A program made the position numbers and the translations under genes. Positions 58,194 through 64,000 of a stretch of DNA of 64,000 bases are shown here, one piece after another. The notes under the pieces were generated by a model. That model ran no database searches, was not told where the DNA came from, and was given only the letters and a program-made list of their open reading frames with translations. This DNA comes from Alphaproteobacteria bacterium. GTDB taxonomy: Bacteria; Pseudomonadota; Alphaproteobacteria; UBA828. The DNA lies in NCBI GenBank assembly GCA_965220745.1, contig CBDCQT010000012.1:640001-704000 (forward strand), read 5' to 3'. Numbering within the stretch: the first letter of the stretch is position 1; each line of letters opens with the position of its first letter.

Positions 58194-60542
58194 ATGCTGC
58201 GGATCACCGGATACAGCGACCGTTACTCGATCCGTCCGGGCGATGACATCACGTTCTATGTGAACTCCGAGAACGGCGAAGACTACGAGGCCAAGCTCGT
58301 CCGCCTGATTCACGGCGACACCAACCCCGACGGGCCGGGCTACAAGGAAGAAGAGATCGACGCGCCGTTCGACGGCAACTACACGGGGCGCAACCAGAAG
58401 ATCCACGGCGGCTCCTACGTGATCGTGCCGCACGACGAGCGCATGTCCGTGTCGAGCTTCACCATCCAGGCCTTCATCTTCCCGACCACGCCGACCAAGG
58501 GCCGCCAGGGCATCCTGACCAAGTGGGTGAACGACACCGGCTACGGTCTTTTCGTGGACGACGACGGCAGCCTCGCGGTCTGCATCGGCGACGGTAGCCA
58601 GGTGCACAAGCTTTCGAGCGGCAAGCCGCTGCTGCGCAAGGTCTGGTACCTCGCCGCCGCCTCCTACGACGCGGAAAGCGGCGAGATGCGCCTCTACCAG
58701 GAGCCGGTCGTGACCTCCGCCAACGGCGGCCTCGGCATGGCGCTGCTGCATCCGGCGGAGGAGACCACGGCCGAGGTCTCCGACAGCTGCAGCACCGGCC
58801 CCGGCGCCAACGACGCACCCTTCCTCATGGCCGCATCCACCAAGGTCTCGGATTCCGGCCGCTCGATCTGCGGCGCGCACTACAAGCAGGCGCTGACCCC
58901 GGTGGGGCTGCCTGAGCAGTGCGACACCTACAACGGCAAGATCGACCGCCCGCGGCTCTCGGACGCAGCACTCGGCAAGCACGAGATCGATGCACTGGCG
59001 CGGGGCTTCAAGGGCTGCCCGGCGGACCTGCGGCGCAGCGTGGTCGGCGCCTGGGACTTCCAGGCCAACATCACCAAGAACATCTCGTCCACCTACATCA
59101 TCGATACCTCGCCGAGCGTGCTGAACGGCTTCGCGATCAACCTGCCGGCCCGCGGCATGACCGGCTACAACTGGACCGCCGACGAGATCGTCTACCACCA
59201 CGCGCCGGAGGAATACGGCGCGATCCACTTCCACGACGACGACATCGACGATGCGCGCTGGGATGCGGACTTCAACTTCACCGCGCCGGAGGGGCTGAAG
59301 AGCGGCTTCTATGCCGCCCGGCTTCGCATCGGCGGGGAGGAGTCGTCGGCCACGGAGGACTACATCCCCTTCGTCGTGCGCCCGCCCAAGGACCAGCCCT
59401 CGGCGAAGGTCGCGGTGATCATCCCGACCAACAGCTACCTCGCCTATTCCAACGACAATCTGGCGACCAACTCGGTGGTGGCGCAGCTGCTCGCGGGCAA
59501 GGTGCCGCTGATGCAGGCCTCCGACCTCTACCTCAACGAGCACCGCGAGTACGGGCTTTCGACCTACTCGCTGCACTCGGACGGCAGCGGCGTTTGCTAT
59601 TCGTCGAGGCTGCGGCCGATCCTCAACATGCGGCCAAAATACCGGCACTGGCTCTCGCCCTCGCTCTGGCAGCTCAACGGCGACCTGCACCTCACCGACT
59701 GGCTAGAGGCCGTGGGCTTCGACTACGACCTGCACACCGACGAGGACCTGGACCGTGAGGGCGTGGCGCTGCTCAACCAGTACCGCGTGGTGCTTACCGG
59801 CTCGCATCCGGAGTATTCGTCCGAGGCCATGATCGACGCTTACGAGGCCTACCAGCAGCAGGGCGGCCGCTGGCTCTATCTCGGCGCCGACGGGTTCTAC
59901 TGGTGCAGCCAGTACCACCCGGACAACGGCAACATCATCGAGGTGCGCAAGGGCGAGGCGGGCACGCGTGCCTGGACCGCCAATCCCGGCGAGTACAACA
60001 ACGCCTTCGACGGCAAGTTCGGCGGCATGTGGCGGGCGCGCGGGCGCATCCCGAGCAAGGTCTGCGGCCTCACGTTCACGGCCTACGGCTTCGACGTGTC
60101 CTCCTATTACCGGCGCGAGCCCGACAGCTTCCGCTCGGAGTGCGAGTGGATCTTCGAGGGCATCGGCGATGACGAGATCATCGGCGACTTCGGGCTCGTG
60201 GGCGGCGGCGCTGCGGGGCTGGAGCTCGACCGCTACGACCTCGAGTTCGGCACGCCGCACCACGGCTATCTGCTCGCCCGCTCCGAAGGCCACACCGACC
60301 TGATGCTCCAGGTCAACGAGGAGATCCACTTCGCCTGCCGCGGCTACTACGGCGGCGGGCACGAGAACCCGCAGGTCCGGGCCGACATGATCTATTACAA
60401 GACGCCCAACGACGGCGCGGTGTTCGGGCCGGGCTCGCTGGTCTGGTGCGGCAGCCTGTCGCACAACAACTACGACAACAACGTCTCCAAGATCATGGAG
60501 AACGTGATCAACGGCTTCCTCAAGGACGGGCCGCTGCCCTGA
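58194..60542 (+). CDS. dmfA2: N,N-dimethylformamidase large (beta) subunit family
   Basis: ITGYSDRYS, LVRLIHGDTNPDGPGYKE, GAIHFHDDD, YLAYSN, GLSTY, GSHPEY, ELDR, VRADM. Confidence 0.9.
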   Translation: MLRITGYSDRYSIRPGDDITFYVNSENGEDYEAKLVRLIHGDTNPDGPGYKEEEIDAPFDGNYTGRNQKIHGGSYVIVPHDERMSVSSFTIQAFIFPTTPTKGRQGILTKWVNDTGYGLFVDDDGSLAVCIGDGSQVHKLSSGKPLLRKVWYLAAASYDAESGEMRLYQEPVVTSANGGLGMALLHPAEETTAEVSDSCSTGPGANDAPFLMAASTKVSDSGRSICGAHYKQALTPVGLPEQCDTYNGKIDRPRLSDAALGKHEIDALARGFKGCPADLRRSVVGAWDFQANITKNISSTYIIDTSPSVLNGFAINLPARGMTGYNWTADEIVYHHAPEEYGAIHFHDDDIDDARWDADFNFTAPEGLKSGFYAARLRIGGEESSATEDYIPFVVRPPKDQPSAKVAVIIPTNSYLAYSNDNLATNSVVAQLLAGKVPLMQASDLYLNEHREYGLSTYSLHSDGSGVCYSSRLRPILNMRPKYRHWLSPSLWQLNGDLHLTDWLEAVGFDYDLHTDEDLDREGVALLNQYRVVLTGSHPEYSSEAMIDAYEAYQQQGGRWLYLGADGFYWCSQYHPDNGNIIEVRKGEAGTRAWTANPGEYNNAFDGKFGGMWRARGRIPSKVCGLTFTAYGFDVSSYYRREPDSFRSECEWIFEGIGDDEIIGDFGLVGGGAAGLELDRYDLEFGTPHHGYLLARSEGHTDLMLQVNEEIHFACRGYYGGGHENPQVRADMIYYKTPNDGAVFGPGSLVWCGSLSHNNYDNNVSKIMENVINGFLKDGPLP

Positions 60543-60609
60543 CCCGGAGGAGGCGACACGACTGGCGGCAGGTTAACGCCGCCTCGGCCTGGGCGGGGAG
60601 AGTCTGCGG

Positions 60610-60996
60610 ATGAGCATTTCGGACAAGACCCGCAGCTCTCTCATGCCCATGGTCATGCCGCCGCCGGGCAAGAAGATGCTTCCCACCCGTGCGCAGGCGA
60701 CCGCGCTAGAGGAGGCGCTGCTCGGCGACCTCGACCCGGACAAGCTCAACGATCTCTCCGAGGTGCTGTTCGCGCTGAACGCGCACAAGCTCGGCCCGAT
60801 CCCCGGCTTCTACGTCGTGGTCTGCACCAAGCCGGACGAGGAGTGGTGCGTGGGCCAGCTTGCCGCCGACCGCGCCAAGCCGCTGATCATGTTCGAGGAC
60901 CTGCGCTTCGATAGGCCGGAGGCCGCGCTGGCTGCGGCCGAGAAGCTCAAGGCCGAGGACGACGCCGCAGGCCGGAGCCCCATCGTCACGGGCTGA
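60610..60996 (+). CDS. Hypothetical protein with partial similarity to the DMFase small subunit
   Basis: GFYVVVCTKPDEEWCVG...RAKPLIMFED aligns with GKYVRICTKPHEEYRIG...RGEPVKILED of 57719-58147. Confidence 0.7.
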   Translation: MSISDKTRSSLMPMVMPPPGKKMLPTRAQATALEEALLGDLDPDKLNDLSEVLFALNAHKLGPIPGFYVVVCTKPDEEWCVGQLAADRAKPLIMFEDLRFDRPEAALAAAEKLKAEDDAAGRSPIVTG

Positions 60997-61030
60997 TGCG
61001 AAACGGCCCCGCTCAATTGCCTCGCAACCG

Positions 61031-61810
61031 ATGACTGCCGAGACGCGCCTCGCCAGCCTGCCGATGTACTGCGAGGATGAGATTCGTCCCGCGACGGAGC
61101 GCTGGTGGGCGGGCCTCGCCCGGCACCTGCGGGAGTGCGGCGTTGAGGGCGTTCCCGACAGGCTGACGTGGCCCGACGACTATCAGGGCCACTGGCGCTC
61201 GCCGGGCCTCCTGTTCAGCCAGACCTGCGGCTACCCCTACGTGAACGTTCTCGGCTCAGCGGTGAAGCTAATCGCGACCCCAAGTTACGATGCGCCCGGG
61301 TGCGAACGCGCCCGCTATGGGGCGCACGTCATCGTCCGCGAGGGCGCGAGCGCGCAGTCCGTCGCCGACCTGCGGGACGCGCGGCTGGCAGCCAACGGCA
61401 CGGGGTCCTTCTCGGGCTACCACGTCTGGCGGCACATGCTGCCCGCCGGTGCTGACCCGCCGTCCTTCTTCGGAGAGATCGTCGCCTCCGGCTCCCATCG
61501 CGCGAGCATCCGCCTCGTCGCGGCCGGGGAAGCGGACGCCTGCGCGGTCGACTGCGTCACCCACGCGCTGGTCTCCGACCAGGCCGGGGAGGAGCTGCGC
61601 GGCACCCGGATCCTGACCTCGTCGCCGACCGCACCGGGAATGCCTTACGTCACCGGCGCCGGGACATCGGACGAGGACATCGCGAAGATGCGCGAAGGGC
61701 TCCTTGCCGCCATTGCCGATCCGGCGCTCGCGCCCGACCGCGCAGTGCTGCACCTCACCGGCGCCAGTGTCCTGACGGACGAGGACTACCGGAGCGCGTT
61801 CCAGGATTAG
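61031..61810 (+). CDS. PhnD/SsuA-like substrate-binding-fold protein without signal peptide
   Basis: ASLPMY, SQTCGYP, SFSGY, SGSHRASI, ADACAVDCVT. Confidence 0.8.
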   Translation: MTAETRLASLPMYCEDEIRPATERWWAGLARHLRECGVEGVPDRLTWPDDYQGHWRSPGLLFSQTCGYPYVNVLGSAVKLIATPSYDAPGCERARYGAHVIVREGASAQSVADLRDARLAANGTGSFSGYHVWRHMLPAGADPPSFFGEIVASGSHRASIRLVAAGEADACAVDCVTHALVSDQAGEELRGTRILTSSPTAPGMPYVTGAGTSDEDIAKMREGLLAAIADPALAPDRAVLHLTGASVLTDEDYRSAFQD

Positions 61811-62529
61811 CGCGGCGCGGAGGCTGCGCTACCACTGGCCGGGCGGTCGCGCATGTGGCCGGAGAGGCGGTGCTCGATGAAGCGCGAGAGCAGGATGAAG
61901 AAGTAGCTCATCGCCAGGTACATCAGGCCGGCCGTGATGTAGAGCTTGTAGGGCTCGAAGCTGCGGGCGACGATGATGCGGGCAACGCCCGTGAGGTCCA
62001 GCAGCGTGATGATCGAGACCAGCGAGGTTGCCTGAAGCAGGAATACGACCTCGTTGGTGTAGGCCGGCAGTGCGAGGCGGAAGGCCTTCGGCAGCACGAT
62101 GCGCCGGTAGAGCAGCGTGCCCGAATACCCGAGCGCCCGCGCCGCCTCGATATCGCCGCGCGGCACGCCCTGGATCGCACCTCGCAGAATCTCCGCGGTA
62201 TAGGCGGCGGTGTTGAGGGTGAGCGTCAGCACGGCGCAGAAATAGGCCTCGCGGAACAGCACCCAGAGCCCGATCGAGTCGAGGAAGGGCCGGAACTGGC
62301 CGGAGCCATAGTAGACCAGGAAGAGCTGCACCAGCAGCGGAGTCCCACGGAAATAGAAGATGTAGCCGTAGACCGGCATCCACAGCAGCGGGTTGGACGA
62401 GAGTCGCATGATCGCGAGCGGCACCGCCAGCGCCAGGCCGATCGCCAGGCTGATGACGGTGATCTCGACCGTGAGCGCCGCACCGTCCAGCAGGCGGGGC
62501 AGGCTCTCCCATATGATCGTGAGGTCCAT
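61807..62529 (-). CDS. Polar amino acid ABC permease (HisM/AotM-like)
   Basis: FRGTPLLVQ, TAAYTAEILRG, IEAARALG, PAYTNE. Confidence 0.92.
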   Translation of the reverse strand: MDLTIIWESLPRLLDGAALTVEITVISLAIGLALAVPLAIMRLSSNPLLWMPVYGYIFYFRGTPLLVQLFLVYYGSGQFRPFLDSIGLWVLFREAYFCAVLTLTLNTAAYTAEILRGAIQGVPRGDIEAARALGYSGTLLYRRIVLPKAFRLALPAYTNEVVFLLQATSLVSIITLLDLTGVARIIVARSFEPYKLYITAGLMYLAMSYFFILLSRFIEHRLSGHMRDRPASGSAASAPR

Positions 62530-62536
62530 AACCGCC

Positions 62537-63226
62537 TCAGGCGCGGCGCACGCCGCGGTTGGCCCACGCCTCGGCGCGCCGCTGCACCACCATCGAGACG
62601 ATGGTAATGCCGAGGTAGAAGAGCGAGGCCACGAAGAAGAAGGTGAACGGCAGCTTGGTCGCGCCCATGGCGATCTGGGCGTTGCGCATGAGCTCCGGGA
62701 GCTGGATCACCGAGATCAGCGCCGTGGCCTTGATCAGCACCATCCACACGTTGCCGAGGCCGGGCAGCGCGAAGCGCCACATCTGCGGCAGCACGATGCG
62801 GCGGAAGGTCAGCGCGCGGCTCATGCCGATGGCGCGCGCCGCCTCGATCTGGCCGCGCGGCACGGCGAGGAAGGCGCCACGGAAGACCTCGGTGGCGAAG
62901 GCGCCGTAAATGAAACCGATGGTGACGACGCCGGCGACGAAGGGGTTGAGGTCGACGATGATCTCGTAGCCGGCGCCTTCGGCGATGTCCTGGATCAGCG
63001 TGGGCACGCCGTAGTAGACGAGCAGGATGAGCAGCAGCTCAGGCACCCCGCGGATGACGGTGGTGTAGGTGCCGGCGGCCCAACGGCCGGCCCGTGCGCG
63101 TGAGAGCTTGCCCCAGGCGCCGATGAGGCCAAGCGCCAAGGCCACTGCCATGGCCCCGAGCCCGACCAGGATGGTGAGCTCGAGGCCCTGCCACAGCATC
63201 CAGCCGTAGCCCCTGAGATCGAGCAT
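62537..63226 (-). CDS. Polar amino acid ABC permease (HisQ/AotQ-like)
   Basis: RGVPEL, ATEVFRGA, GQIEAARAIG, LPGLGNVW, KATALIS. Confidence 0.92.
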   Translation of the reverse strand: MLDLRGYGWMLWQGLELTILVGLGAMAVALALGLIGAWGKLSRARAGRWAAGTYTTVIRGVPELLLILLVYYGVPTLIQDIAEGAGYEIIVDLNPFVAGVVTIGFIYGAFATEVFRGAFLAVPRGQIEAARAIGMSRALTFRRIVLPQMWRFALPGLGNVWMVLIKATALISVIQLPELMRNAQIAMGATKLPFTFFFVASLFYLGITIVSMVVQRRAEAWANRGVRRA

Positions 63227-63251
63227 CGGCCCGACCCGCTAACTCATCGGG

Positions 63252-63281
63252 GAGCGGGCGGCGTGGAACAGCCGCCCGCTC
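63252..63281 (-). terminator. Intercistronic stem-loop after SBP gene
   Basis: GAGCGGGCGGC-N8-GCCGCCCGCTC perfect 11-bp stem between SBP and permease genes. Confidence 0.55.
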
Positions 63282-63296
63282 ATGCGTCGTTGGCGA

Positions 63297-64000
63297 TCAG
63301 TCGCCGTAGACGTCGAAATCGAAGTACTTGTCGTTGATCGTTTTGTAGGTGCCGTCGGCGCGGATGGCCACGATGGCGCCGTTGAGCGCGTCGAGAAGCT
63401 CGCCCTCGCCCTTGCGCACCGCGATCCCGGCGCCGTCGCCGAACCAGCGCGGATCGGTAAAGTCGGGGCCGACGAATTCCGCGTCCGCGCCGTCGGGCGT
63501 GTCGAGGAAGCCCCCCTGCAAGGCCATCGAATCCGCCAGCAGCAGATCGACGCGGCCTGCGACGAAGTCGAGGTTGGCCTCGTCCTGGGTGGCGTAGGCC
63601 CTGATGGTGACGATGTCGCCGTAGTTGTCGCGCAGGAAGTTCTCGTGGATGGTCGCCCGCTGCACGCCGACTGCCAAGCCGTCCAGGCCCTCGTTCGTGA
63701 TCTCGATGTCCGAGCCCTTCATGCGCACGAACTTGGCCGGCGTGGTGTAGTACTTGCCGGTGAAGTCGACCTTCTTCTTGCGCTCCTCGGTGATCGACAT
63801 CGAGGCGACGATGGCGTCGTACTTCTTGGCCAGCAGGCCGGGGATGATGCCGTCCCAGTCCTGCACCGCCCAGGTGCACTCCAGGTTCGCCGCCGCGCAG
63901 AGCGCGTTGCCGATCTCGACGTCGAAGCCCTGGAGGTCGCCGTTCTCGTCGATCCAGTTGAAGGGCGGGTAGGCGCCTTCGGTGCCGAGTGTGACCTTCT
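63297..64000 (-). CDS. Lys/Arg/Orn-type ABC substrate-binding protein, 5' end outside window
   Basis: Open to window end: GTEGAYPPFN, GFDVEI, QDWDGIIPGL, SMSITEER. Confidence 0.93.
   Translation of the reverse strand, partial: KVTLGTEGAYPPFNWIDENGDLQGFDVEIGNALCAAANLECTWAVQDWDGIIPGLLAKKYDAIVASMSITEERKKKVDFTGKYYTTPAKFVRMKGSDIEITNEGLDGLAVGVQRATIHENFLRDNYGDIVTIRAYATQDEANLDFVAGRVDLLLADSMALQGGFLDTPDGADAEFVGPDFTDPRWFGDGAGIAVRKGEGELLDALNGAIVAIRADGTYKTINDKYFDFDVYGD

Noticed and set aside
1-64000. tRNA, rRNA, CRISPR array, prophage or intact transposase
   Set aside because: No cloverleaf, rRNA-like tract, regularly spaced direct repeats, phage genes or full transposase were recognised by eye.

Overview
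This is a high-GC alphaproteobacterial chromosome segment, probably Rhodospirillales-like (inferred from class I LysRS divergent from dinG, DUF815, tatABC and the secB-fxsA/tim44-mltA-smr block). Core genes are interleaved with many genes for organic-nitrogen catabolism and uptake: an OYE-like flavoenzyme, a nitrilase, hydantoinase B, two class III aminotransferases, a GMC dehydrogenase pair, an LLM pair, an adenine-deaminase-like enzyme, an N,N-dimethylformamidase locus and three multi-gene ABC transporters. Several small islets look lower in GC: IS3 remnant + frameshifted TadG/VWA gene + small wHTH; two GT4 glycosyltransferases; membrane protein + EEP hydrolase; and 56.3-57.55 kb. The most striking item is this last islet. 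It holds an unannotated 42-aa secreted Cys-rich micropeptide gene (57320-57448, minus strand, absent from the ORF track) directly upstream of a 260-aa lipoprotein whose motif order resembles a bacterial gasdermin pore-forming domain. This suggests an exported gasdermin-like/peptide system with no linked protease. Also notable is a second small-subunit-like paralog downstream of the DMFase large subunit. No rRNA, tRNA or CRISPR array was seen. All family calls come from motif recognition by eye; no searches were run.
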